Assembly: GCA_964016885.1 (NCBI GenBank)
Contig: OZ024743.1
Span: 307,892,001-307,956,000, forward strand
Reading direction: 5' to 3'
DNA from: Eledone cirrhosa
Lineage: Eukaryota
Length of the DNA stretch: 64,000 bases
Of the stretch, positions 1-10,179 are shown in pieces. How positions within the stretch are numbered: the stretch's first letter is position 1; the number at the start of each line of letters is the position of its first letter. The notes beneath the pieces are model-generated. The model had not been told where the DNA came from. It saw only the letters and a program-made list of their open reading frames with translations, and ran no database searches. The position numbers and the translations under genes were made by a program.

Positions 1-47
1 AGTGATTCAGGGAATTCCAAGTACAGTTCATTTGATAGTGTTCTAAA

Positions 48-130
48 TCATTTCCATCTAATTACACTGACAAGGATTATGTCAACCGAAGGATATGGTA
101 AAGACACTTGCTCAAGGTGGCACAGTTGTG
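48..130 (-). mobile_element. Degraded CORE-type SINE fragment (octopus-like family)
   Basis: The minus strand reads GCCACCTTGAGCAAGTGTCTTTACCATATCCTTCGGTTGACATAATCCTTGTCAGTGTAATTAGATGGAAATGA. This resembles the CORE-like body (CACCTTGGGCAAGTGTCTTCTACTATAGCC...CCTTGTGAGTGGATTTGGTAGACGGAAACTGA) of an abundant octopus SINE. Recognised from memory, not by search. Confidence 0.55.
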
Positions 131-398
131 TTGAGGTAAGATAAAAGTGACTGGGTGAGAGGAGGGAAGGAAATGAATGTAGAATAAAGTAGAAGGGGAA
201 GGCTAAGAAAGTCATGGCTAAAGATGATGGAGGGAGAAATGAAAGCTTCAGGTTAATTAGAGGTGATACAAATGATAGGGCAAAATAAAGAAGCATGTGA
301 TGTGGTCTACAATATTAACCTTGCTTTAGCAGAGAAATGGACTTAAAATACTTGTTGTTTTAGATATAATGTAATTCTGAAGTTCTTTAGTTTAAAAT

Positions 399-772
399 AA
401 CAAGAAAACCAAGTTTGTAAACTTCTAATACAATACAATGCAAAATCAGAAAAATGGCCACCCACCTAAGGAATGAGCTCAATGGGGTGAAATGGCTGTT
501 GCAGCAGATGTCACTAGCCGTTTTCTGTGGCAATGCCTTCACTATTATATCTGCAGGACACAACTGAATGATATAGCTCTGACTAGGATGTAGAGTATGT
601 TGTCCCTCTCCCTCATCCCTTCCTTTTGTTTAATTTCTTCTTTCCTTTTTCTTCTATTCTTCATTTCCTTATTGCTTTATAGAAATTTCCTAGAAATAAA
701 GATGATTCAACCTCCTTTTCTATAAAAACAAAATACTATGCTTATATAAATAAACAAGAAAACCAAGTTTGT
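399..772 (+). repeat. 20-bp exact direct repeat AACAAGAAAACCAAGTTTGT (399-418 and 753-772)
   Basis: Two identical 20-mers lie 354 bp apart. Similarity extends on both sides (AAATAA upstream; AAACTTCT vs GAACCTCT downstream). Confidence 0.85.
466..550 (-). other. Candidate internal exon (85 bp), minus strand
   Basis: The minus strand reads acceptor TTGTGTCCTGCAG| ... CCTTAG|GTGGGT donor. It is open in phase 1 (xIIVKALPQKTASDICCNSHFTPLSSFL) and has higher GC than its flanks. No homology recognised. Confidence 0.3.
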
Positions 773-855
773 GAACCTCTTCTAGCCAGGATAATGCTAT
801 ATTTATTGATAGAGTTTAAGTTCAATCAACAAGATCTCAGACCTCATTCACTTAC

Positions 856-944
856 TGGGTGGAATGGGACTCGTCAAATTAAACCAAGGAAACAATGTTT
901 CCATTGGTCTTTCCATTGCTGATACTATCTACCAGTCACAACTC
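856..944 (-). other. Candidate exon (89 bp), minus strand, with ATG at 916
   Basis: The minus strand has a strong acceptor ATAATTCTTTCTTCCAG| and a consensus donor CCA|GTAAGT. ATG at 916 opens MERPMETLFPWFNLTSPIPP and ends in phase 1, compatible with the 466-550 candidate exon. All three frames contain a stop before that ATG, so it could only be a start-codon exon, a non-coding exon or a pseudo-exon. Confidence 0.35.
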
Positions 945-1276
945 CTGGAAGAAAGAATTATTGATGTAACACAGTATCTTATATAAAGGTAAGATTATTT
1001 AAGTTTTCCATGGATCAGCAACTTAACATCTCATACTCTACACAGTTATAAAACTTCACATAATAGACTGAAACTAATAGGATTGTTTTAATCAGTCCTA
1101 TCAGCACCTCAAAAAACTACTTAACCATTCTGTTGCCAAAGAAAGAGTTGGGAGGACACTTAAGTTGACAATCTCCCATGTGTACTTGGTAGAACTTGAG
1201 ACTGTAGATAAGCGAGACAGATCCCTAGCCTTTCTAGGTCAGTAGCTCCACTTGCTACTGACTTGGTCTATGTAGA

Positions 1277-1336
1277 CCAGTCCAACCCTTGCAAACATGA
1301 AAAGCAGACATTAAAGCGATGACGATGGTGATGATT
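1277..1336 (+). mobile_element. Degraded SINE 3' tail ending in a (GAT)n-like repeat
   Basis: CCAGTCCAACCCTTGCAAACATGAAAAGCAGACATTAAAGCGATGACGATGGTGATGAT resembles the octopus SINE tail GTCCAACCCATGCCAGCATGGAAAACGGACGTTAAATGATGATGAT (recalled). Confidence 0.55.
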
Positions 1337-1369
1337 TCTATTGAAAAACAGTGTCTATAGTTTTCAAAT

Positions 1370-1450
1370 AATTTTGAAAATACTGAACAATTTGAAGGGA
1401 CTTAGTAATATAACTATCTTCTCATTATTTAGCTGTCTTTAAAACATAAC
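1370..1450 (-). mobile_element. Older, inverted fragment of the same MITE family (host of the nested insertion)
   Basis: The reverse complement, GTTATGTTTTAAAGACAGCTAAATAAT...TATTTTCAAAATT, resembles the MITE interior at 1578-1630 (GTTATGTTCCAAACACCAGCTTAATATT...TATTTTCAAGAAAAT). Confidence 0.5.
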
Positions 1451-1810
1451 TTAACCCTTTTAACACCAAACCAATTGAAACCATCACTCGTTCAATGATA
1501 GAAAACTGATTTTGTTCTAAAGTGATTATATTTATCTAGAAACATTCCATCATAGTTTAATGTAAAAATCTGTGTTGAGTTATGTTCCAAACACCAGCTT
1601 AATATTAATTCTTGATTATTTTCAAGAAAATATTTGAATATCATCAACAGTATTTTTATTAGAAATATGGTAAAGAAAGGATTAACAATGGTTCTTATAT
1701 AAAATTATGACAGAAGGTTTTTTTTATATGAATATAAACACTTTAACCGAAGCAGTTGTGTATCACAGAACCAGGGGTGGTTTCAGGTGGTTTGGTCACA
1801 AAAGTGTTAA
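1451..1810. mobile_element. Non-autonomous piggyBac-type DNA transposon (MITE), ~360 bp, TTAA target sites
   Basis: The left end TTAACCCTTTTAACACCAAACCAATTGAAACCATCACTCGTTCAATGATA (1451-1500) aligns without gaps to the reverse complement of 1761-1810, TTAACACTTTTGTGACCAAACCACCTGAAACCACCCCTGGTTCTGTGATA (39/50 identical). Similarity continues to ~80-90 bp (TAAAGTGATTATATT vs TAAAGTGTTTATATT). TTAA at both ends plus a CCCT terminus is the piggyBac signature. No transposase ORF is present. Confidence 0.8.
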
Positions 1811-2089
1811 GATGGTGTTTGAAACATAACTTAACAAAGGTTTGGTATCAAAGGAGTTAGGAATCAGTGTTACTTTTCAGTTAGCAGGAAAAATAAAGAA
1901 AAGAATTAATGAAAATGTTATCAATAGTTTATGTGTCTCGTAATTTCAAATTATCTCCTAAAAATCAATAAATATAAGATTTTCATTGAATTATTGCATT
2001 GATCTGGATCAACAATAAATATATTGGACAGTACATACTGAAAATAGCAGGATTCTGTAGATTTAAATTTCTATATTTAAACTTTCTGT

Positions 2090-2345
2090 TTGTTTTATTG
2101 TGTATGGTATAGGATGTATAGTATTTGTATCTTGTGTATGGTGTATATGGTGTAGAGTGTATAATGTATTGTATATGATATATAGTGTATGATGTATGGT
2201 ATTGAATGGTGTATAGTGTGTGGTATAGGGTGTATGGTATTTGGTGTATTGTATATGTTGTATTGCATTGTATGGTTTATAGTGTTGTATGTATGGTGTA
2301 TACTGTATGGTATAGGGTGTATAATGTTTGTATATGGTGTATAGT
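2090..2345 (+). repeat. Degenerate GT-rich low-complexity repeat based on ~7-bp TATGGTG/TATAGTG units
   Basis: Runs such as TGTATGGTGTATATGGTGTAGAGTGTATAATG have the same G/T-rich, C-poor + strand polarity as the main array. Confidence 0.8.
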
Positions 2346-2689
2346 TGTGAAGGCACATAGTTTAGTGGTTAGAGCGTCGGGCTTACAATCATGAGTTTGT
2401 GAGTTCAATTCTCGGACCGGGCTTTGCGTTGTGACCTTATACAAGACATTTTATTTCATGTTGCTCCAGTTTACTCAGCTGTAGTGAGTTGCAACGTCAC
2501 TAGTGTCAAGCTGTATCGGCCATTGTCTTTCCCTCAGAGAACATTGGTGGCATAGAGAGGGGAGGCTAGTATGCATGGGCAACTGCTGGTCTTCCACAAA
2601 CAACTTTGCCTGGACTTGTGCCTCAGAGAGTGACTTTCTAGGTGCAAATGCCATGGTCATTTGTGACCGAAGGGGGTCTTTACCCTTTA
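2346..2689 (+). mobile_element. Full-length-looking tRNA-derived SINE (~340 bp) with CORE-like domain
   Basis: Pol III A box TAGTTTAGTGG (2358-2368) and B box GAGTTCAATTCT (2401-2412) are followed by the CORE-like TTGTGACCTTATACAAGACATTTTATTTC (2429-2457) and a simple-repeat tail CTTTACCCTTTA. The element interrupts the GT-rich repeat, which resumes at ~2690. Confidence 0.8.
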
Positions 2690-2907
2690 TGGTGTAGGGT
2701 GTATTGTATGTGGTGTACTGCACTATATGTTGACTTATGTATAGTGTATTGTATATAGTGTATACTGTATACTATATGGTGTCTAGTGTTTGTATATGGT
2801 GTATGATACTATATGGTGTAGTGTATATGGCATAGGGTGTATAGTACTGTGTATAGTGTATATTGTATGGGGTATAGTGAATTGTATATGCTGTATTGCA
2901 TTGTATG
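2690..2907 (+). repeat. Degenerate 7-bp GT-rich repeat (continuation)
   Basis: Contains TATAGTG/TATGGTG units. TTGTATATGCTGTATTGCATTGTATGG (2882-2908) nearly duplicates TTGTATATGTTGTATTGCATTGTATGG (2249-2275). Confidence 0.75.
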
Positions 2908-3008
2908 GTGTATAATGTATTGCATATAACAGTGTATAATGTATTGCATATAACAGTGTATAATGTATTGCATATAACAGTGTATAATGTATTGCATATA
3001 ACGGTGTA
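2908..3008 (+). repeat. 24-bp minisatellite GTGTATAATGTATTGCATATAACA x ~4.2
   Basis: Copies lie at 2908, 2932, 2956 and 2980 (the last has a terminal A>G), plus a partial copy. This matches the 8-aa MQYIIHCY periodicity in the ORF track. Confidence 0.95.
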
Positions 3009-3094
3009 AAATTCTTACATTGATGTTAGTTTTTTACTGAGGAGAAACATTTTTTAGGCATGTTATAAAATATATTTTAATTCCAGCATAGTTA

Positions 3095-3240
3095 CGTCCC
3101 TTTACGATCTGAGTTCAAATCCCGCCGAGGTTGCCTTTGCCTTTCATCCTTACGGGGTCGATAAAATAAAGTACCAGTAATGCACTGGGTAATTGCTGGC
3201 CTTGTGCCTAAAGTAGAAACAATTATTTGTTTTATTATTA
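3095..3240 (+). mobile_element. 5'-truncated, internally deleted tRNA-derived octopus-type SINE
   Basis: B box GAGTTCAAATCCC (3111-3123) is followed by GCCTTTCATCCTTACGGGGTCGATAAAATAAAGTACCAGT, a conserved central domain of octopus SINEs (Meta-domain-like, recalled), then AATTGCTGGCCTTGTGCCTAAAGTAGAAAC and an (ATT)-rich tail. No A box is visible. Confidence 0.75.
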
Positions 3241-3278
3241 ATAAAACATAAAAATAGCAAATAATGTTCAATTTTTTC

Positions 3279-3325
3279 TGCGGACCTCCAACATTTTCTC
3301 TCTAACCACCGGTTGGCAACTGTTG
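3279..3325. mobile_element. Possible hAT-type MITE terminus
   Basis: GCGGACCTCC...ACCACCGGTTGGCAACTGTTG; the reverse complement CAACAGTTGCCAACCGG resembles hAT TIRs of the CAGTGGTTCCCAACC type. No partner end was found. Confidence 0.25.
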
Positions 3326-3420
3326 GTATATAGTATATGGCGTATTGTATCATGTATATGGTGTATGGTATGTAGTATGGTGTATACTGTATGGCAATGT
3401 ATGGTGTATAGTATATGATG
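3326..3420 (+). repeat. Transition zone of degenerate 7-bp units leading into the satellite
   Basis: TATATGGTGTATGGTATGTAGTATGGTGTATACTGTATGG...; the first 10-mers appear at ~3421-3490, interspersed with 7-mers. Confidence 0.8.
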
Positions 3421-3649
3421 TATGGGGGTGTATGGTGGTGTATTATGGTGTATGGTGGTGTGTGGTTTATGGTGGTGTATGGTGGTGTATGGTGGTGTAT
3501 GGTGTATGGTGTATAGTGGTGTATGGTGGTGTATGGTGGTGTATTATGGTGTATGGTGGTGTATAGTGTATGGTGGTGTATGGTGTATAGTGGTGTATGG
3601 TGGTGTATGGTGTATAGTGGTGTATGGTGGTGTATGGTGGTGTATGGTG

Positions 3650-6600
3650 GTGTATTGTGGTGTATGGTGGTGTATTGTGGTGTATGGTGGTGTATTGTGG
3701 GGGTATTGTGGTGTATGGTGGGGTATTGTGGTGTATGGTGGTGTATGGTGGTGGGTAGTGGTGTATAGTAGTGTATTGCGGTGTATTGTGGTGTATGGTG
3801 GTGTATGGTGGTGTATGGTGTATGGTGGTGTATGGTGGTGTATGGTAGTGGGTGGTGGTGTATGGTGGTGTATGGTGGTGTATTGTGGTGTATGGTGGTG
3901 TATTGTGGTGTATGGTGGTGTATGGTGGTGTATTGTGGTGTATGGTGGTGTATTGTGGTGTATAGTGGTGTATGGTGGTGTATGGTGGTGTATGATGGTG
4001 TATTGTTGTGTATTGTGGTGTATGGTGGTGTATTGTGGTGTATTGTGGTGTATGGTGTATTGTGGTGTATGGTGGTGTATTGTGGTGTATGGTGGTGTAT
4101 TGTGGTGTATTGAGGTGTATTGTGGTGTATGGTGGTGTATGGTGGTGTATTGTGGTGTATTGAGGTGTATTGTGGTGTATGGTGGTGTATGGTGGTGTAT
4201 GGTGGTGTATTGTGGTGTATTGTGGTGTATGGTGGTGTATGGTGTATTGTGGTGTATGGTGGTGTATTGTGGTGTATGGTGGTGTATTGTGGTGTATGGT
4301 GGTGTATTGTGGTGTATGGTGGTGTATTGTGGTGTATTGTGGTGTATGGTGGTGTATGATGGTGTATGGTGGTGTATGGTGGTGTATGGTGGTGTATTGT
4401 GGTGTATGGTGGGGTATGGTGGTGTATGATGGTGTATTGTGGTGTATGGTGGTGTATTGTGGTGTATGGTGGTGTATTGTGGTGTGTGGTGTATGGTGGT
4501 GTATGGTGGTGTATTGAGGTGTATTGTGGTGTATAGTGGTGTATGGTGGTGTATGGTGGTGTATGGTGGTGTATTGTGGTGTATGGTGGTGTATGGTGTA
4601 TTGTGGTGTATTGTGGGGGTATTGTGGTGTATGGTGGGGTATTGTGGTGTATGGTGCTGTATTGTGGTGTATGGTGGTGTATGGTGTATTGTGGTGTATT
4701 GTGGTGTATGGTGGTGTATGGTGGTGTATGGTGGTGTATTGTGGGGTATGGTGGTGTATGGTGTATTGTGGTGTATTGTGGTGTATGGTGGTGTATGGTG
4801 GTGTATGGTGGTGTATGGTGGTGTATTGTGGTGTATGGTGGTGTATGGTGGTGTATTGTGGTGTATGGTGGTGTATGGTGGTGTATGGTGGTGTATGGTG
4901 GTGTATTGTGGTGTATGGTGGTGTATGGTGGTGTATGGTGGTGTATTGTGGTGTATGGTGGTGTATGGTGGTGTATGGTGCTGTATTGTGGTGTATTGTG
5001 GTGTATGGTGGTGTATGGTGCTGTATTGTGGTGTATGGTGGTGTATGGTGGTGTATTGTGGTGTATGATGGTGTATGGTGGTGTATTGTGGTGTATAGTG
5101 GTGTATGGTGCTGTATTGTGGTGTATTGTGGTGTATGGTGGTGTATGGTGGTGTATTGTGGTGTATGGTGGTGTATGGTGGGGTATGGTGGTGTATGGTG
5201 GTGTATTGTGGTGTATGTTGGTGTATGGTGGTGTATTGTGGTGTATGGTGGTGTATGCTGGTGTATTGTGGTGTATGGTGGTGTATGGTGCTGTATTGTG
5301 GTGTATTGTGGTGTATGGTGGTGTATGGTGCTGTATTGTGGTGTATGGTGGTGTATGGTGGTGTATTGAGGTGTATTGTGGTGTATGGTGGTGTATGGTG
5401 CTGTATTGTGGTGTATTGTGGTGTATGGTGGTGTATGGTGGTGTATTGTGGTGTATGGTGGTGTATTGTGGTGTATGGTGGTGTATTGTGGTGTATGGTG
5501 GTGTATTGTGGGGGTATTGTGGTGTATGGTGGGGTATTGTGGTGTATGGTGGTGTATGGTGGTGGGTGGTGGTGTATAGTAGTGTATTGCGGTGTATTGT
5601 GGTGTATGGTGGTGTATGGTGGTGTATGGTGTATGGTGGTGTATGGTGGTGTATGGTAGTGGGTGGTGGTGTATGGTGGTGTATGGTGGTGTATTGTGGT
5701 GTATGGTGGTGTATTGTGGTGTATGGTGGTGTATGGTGGTGTATGGTGGTGTATTGTGGTGCATTGAGGTGTATTGTGGTGTATGGTGGTGTATGGTGGT
5801 GTATTGTGGTGTATGGTGGTGTATTGTGGTGTATAGTGGTGTATGGTGGTGTATGGTGGTGTATGATGGTGTATTGTGGTGTATGGTGGTGTATTGTGTA
5901 TTGTGGTGTATGGTGGTGTATTGTGGTGTATTGTGGTGTATGGTGTATTGTGGTGTATGGTGGTGTATTGTGGTGTATGGTGGTGTATTGTGGTGTATTG
6001 AGGTGTATTGTGGTGTATGGTGGTGTATGGTCGTGTATTGTGGTGTATTGAGGTGTATTGTGGTGTATGGTGGTGTATGGTGGTGTATGGTGGTGTATTG
6101 TGGTGTATTGTGGTGTATGGTGGTGTATGGTGTATTGTGGTGTATGGTGGTGTATTGTGGTGTATGGTGGTGTATTGTGGTGTATGGTGGTGTATTGTGG
6201 TGTATGGTGGTGTATTGTGGTGTATGGTGGTGTATTGTGGTGTATTGTGGTGTATGGTGGTGTATGATGGTGTATGGTGGTGTATGGTGGTGTATGGTGG
6301 TGTATTGTGGTGTATGGTGGGGTATGGTGGTGTATGATGGTGTATTGTGGTGTATGGTGGTGTATTGTGGTGTATGGTGGGGTATGGTGGTGTATGATGG
6401 TGTATTGTGGTGTATGGTGGTGTATTGTGGTGTATGGTGGTGTATTGTGGTGTATGGTGGTGTATGGTGGTGTATTGTGGTGTATGGTGGTGTATGGTGG
6501 TGTATGGTGGTGTATTGAGGTGTATTGTGGTGTATAGTGGTGTATGGTGGTGTATGGTGGTGTATGGTGGTGTATTGTGGTGTATGGTGGTGTATGTTGT

Positions 6601-7420
6601 ATTGTGGTGTATTGTGGGGGTATTGTGGTGTATGGTGGGGTATTGTGGTGTATGGTGCTGTATTGTGGTGTATTGTGGTGTATGGTGGTGTATGGTGGTG
6701 TATTGTGGTGTATGGTGGTGTATGGTGGTGTATGGTGGTGTATGGTGGTGTATTGTGGTGTATGGTGGTGTATGGTGGTGTATGGTGGTGTATGGTGGGG
6801 TATTGTGGTGTATGGTGGTGTATGGTGGTGTATTGTGGTGTATGGTGGTGTATGGTGGTGTATTGTGGTGTATGGTGGTGTATGGTGGTGTATGGTGGTG
6901 TATTGTGGTGTATGGTGGTGTATGGTGGTGTATGGTGGTGTATGGTGCTGTATTGTGGTGTATTGTGGTGTATGGTGGTGTATGGTGCTGTATTGTGGTG
7001 TATGGTGGTGTATGGTGGTGTATTGTGGTGTATGATGGTGTATGGTGGTGTATTGTGGTGTATAGTGGTGTATGGTGCTGTATTGTGGTGTATTGTGGTG
7101 TATGGTGGTGTATGGTGGTGTATTGTGGTGTATGGTGGTGTATGCTGGGGTATTGTGGTGTATGGTGGTGTATGGTGGTGTATTGTGGTGTATGTTGGTG
7201 TATGGTGGTGTATTGTGGTGTATGGTGGTGTATGCTGGTGTATTGTGGTGTATGGTGCTGTATTGTGGTGTATTGTGGTGTATGGTGGTGTATGGTGCTG
7301 TATTGTGGTGTATGGTGGTGTATGGTGGTGTATTGAGGTGTATTGTGGTGTATGGTGGTGTATTGTGGTGTATGGTGGTGTATGGTGCTGTATTGTGGTG
7401 TATTGTGGTGTATGGTGGTG
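3650..7420 (+). repeat. Proximal-layer tandem duplication, ~1.8-2.0 kb period
   Basis: The marker GTATAGTAGTGTATTGCGG occurs at ~3763 and ~5574 (offset 1811). Downstream landmarks are offset 2001 (4543/6544) and 1967 (5105/7072). Confidence 0.85.
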
Positions 7421-10179
7421 TATGGTGGTGTATTGTGGTGTATTGTGGTGTATGGTGGTGTATGGTGGTGTATGGTGGTGTATTGTGGTGTATTGTGGTG
7501 TATGGTGGTGTATGGTGGTGTGTGGTGGTGTATTGTGGTGTATGGTGGTGTGTGGTGGTGTATTGTGGTGTATGGTGGTGTATGGTGGGGTATTGTGTTG
7601 TATGGTGGTGTATGGTGGTGTATTGTGGTGTATGGTGGTGTATGGTGGTGTATTGTGGTGTATGGTGGTGTATGGTGGTGTGTGGTGGTGTATTGTGGTG
7701 TATGGTGGTGTATGGTGGTGTGTGGTGGTGTATTGTGGTGTATGGTGGTGTATGGTGGTGTATTGTGGTGTATGGTGGTGTATTGTGGTGTATGGTGGTG
7801 TATGGTGGTGTGTGGTGGTGTATTGTGGTGTATGGTGGTGTATGGTGGGGTATTGTGGTGTATGGTGGTGTATGGTAGTGTATTGTGGTGTATGGTGGTG
7901 TATGGTGGTGTATTGTGGTGTATGGTGGTGTATGGTGCTGTATTGTGGTGTATTGTGGTGTATGGTGGTGTATGGTGCTGTATTGTCGTGTATGGTGGTG
8001 TATGGTGGGGTATTGTGGTGTATGGTGGTGTATGGTGGTGTATTGTGGTGTATGGTGGTGTATTGTGGTGTATTGTGGTGTATGGTGGTGTATGGTGGTG
8101 TATTGTGGTGTATGGTGGTGTATGGTGGGGTATTGTGGTGTATGGTGGTGTATGGTGGTGTATTGTGGTGTATGTTGGTGTATGGTGGTGTATTGTGGTG
8201 TATGGTGGTGTATGGTGGTGTATTGTGGTGTATGGTGGTGTATTGTGGTGTATGGTGGTGTATGGTGGTGTATTGTGGTGTATGGTGGTGTATGGTGGTG
8301 TATTGAGGTGTATTGTGGTATATGGTGGTGTATGGTGGTGTATTGTGGTGTATTGTGGTGTATGGTGGTGTATTGTGGTGTATGGTGGTGTATGGTGGTG
8401 TATGGTGGTGTATTGTGGTGTATGGTGGTGTATGGTGGTGTATGGTGGTGTATTGTGGTGTATGGTGGTGTATGGTGTGGTATGGTCGTGTATTGTGGTG
8501 TATGGTGGTGTATGGTGGTGTATGGTGGTTTATTGTGGTGTATGGTGGTGTATGGTGGTGTATGGTGGTGTATTGTGGTGTATGGTGGTGTATGGTGTGG
8601 TATGGTGGTGTATTGTGGTGTATGGTGGTGTATGGTGGTGTATGGTGGTGTATGATGGTGTATTGTGGTGTATGGTGGTGTATTGAGGTGTATTGTGGTA
8701 TATGGTGGTGTATTGTGGTGTATTGTGGTGTATGGTGGTGTATGGTGGTGTATTGTGGTGTATGGTGGTGTATGGTGGTGTATGGTGTATTGTGGTGTAT
8801 GGTGGTGTATGGTGGAATATGGTGTATTGTGGTGTATGGTGGTGTATTGTGGTGTATGGTGGTGTATGGTGGTGTATGGTGGTGTATGATGGTGTATGGT
8901 GGTGTATGGTGGTGTATGGTGGTGTATTGTGGTGTATGGTGGTGTATTGTGGTGTATGGTGGTGTATTGTGGTGTAAGGTGGTGTATGGTGGTGTATGGT
9001 GGTGTATTGTGGTGTATGGTGGTGTATGGTGGTGTATGGTGGTGTATGGTGGTGTATTGTGTTGTATGGTGGTGTATGGTGGTGTATGGTGGTGTATGGT
9101 GGTGTATGGTGGTGTATTGTGGTGTATGGTGGTGTATGGTGGTGTATTGTGGTGTATGGTGGTGTATGGTGGTGTATGGTGGTGTATGATGGTGTATGGT
9201 GGTGTATGGTGGTGTATGGTGGTGTATTGTGGTGTATGGTTGTGTATTGTGGTGTATGGTGGTGTATTGTGGTGTATGGTGGTGTATTGCGGTGTATGGT
9301 GGTGTATGGTGGTGTATGGTGGTGTATTGTGGTGTATGGTGGTGTATGGTGGTGTATGGTGGTGTATTGTGGTGTATGGTGGTGTATTGTGGTGTATGAT
9401 GGTGTATTGTGGTGTATGGTGGTGTATGGTGGTGTATGGTGGTGTATTGTGGTGTATGGTGGTGTATTGTGGTGTATAGTGGTGTATGATGGTGTATTGT
9501 GGTGTATGCTGGTGTATGGTGGTGTATGGTGGTGTATTGTGGTGTATGGTGGTGTATGGTGGTGTATGGTGTATTGTGGTGTATGGTGGTGTATTGTGGT
9601 GTGTGGTGGTGTATTGTGGTGTATGGTGGGGTATGGTGGTGTATGGTGGTGTATTGTGTTGTATGGTGGTGTATGGTGGTGTATGGTGGTGTATGGTGGT
9701 GTATTGTGGTGTATGGTGGTGTATTGTGGTATATGGTGGTGTATTGTGGTGTGTGGTGGTGTATGGTGGTGTATTGTGGTATATGGTGGTGTATGGTGGT
9801 GTATGGTGGTATATTGTGGTGTATGGTAGTGTATGGTGGTGTATTGTGGTGTGTGGTGGTGTATGGTGGTGTATGGTGGTGTATTGTGGTGTATGGTGGT
9901 GTATGGTGGTGTATGGTGGTGTATTGTGGTGTATTTTGGTGTATGGTGGTGTATTGTGGTGTATGGTGGTGTATGGTGGTGTATGGTGGTGTATTGTGGT
10001 GTATGGTGGTGTATTGTGGTGTATGGTGGTGTATGGTGGTGTATGGTGGTGTATGGTGGTGTATTGTGTTGTATGGTGGTGTATGGTGGTGTATGGTGGT
10101 GTATGGTGGTGTATGGTGGTGTATTGTGGTGTATGGTGGTGTATGGTGGTGTATAGTGGTGTATGGTGGTGTATGGTGG

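Noticed and set aside
48-296. 82-aa minus-strand ORF
   Set aside because: It is derived from a purine-rich low-complexity tract plus a SINE fragment and has no recognisable domain.
600-680. CT-rich pyrimidine tract
   Set aside because: Ordinary low-complexity sequence with no regular unit or supported function.
813-988. Plus-strand open stretch SLSSINKISDLIHLLGGMGLVKLNQGNNVSIGLSIADTIYQSQLLEERIIDVTQYLI followed by AG|GTAAG
   Set aside because: It looks protein-like, but the acceptor is weak, an in-frame TAA precedes the strong donor, and no homologue was recognised. It overlaps the minus-strand candidate exon, which has better splice signals. BLASTX would decide between the two.
2351-2422. 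tRNA gene
   Set aside because: A and B boxes are present, but no convincing acceptor stem or cloverleaf was found, and the sequence continues into a CORE-like SINE body and tail.
2063-3353. Short ORFs at 2063-2394, 2475-2723, 2503-2697, 2809-2997 and 3150-3353
   Set aside because: All lie within GT-rich repeats, the 24-bp minisatellite or SINE bodies.
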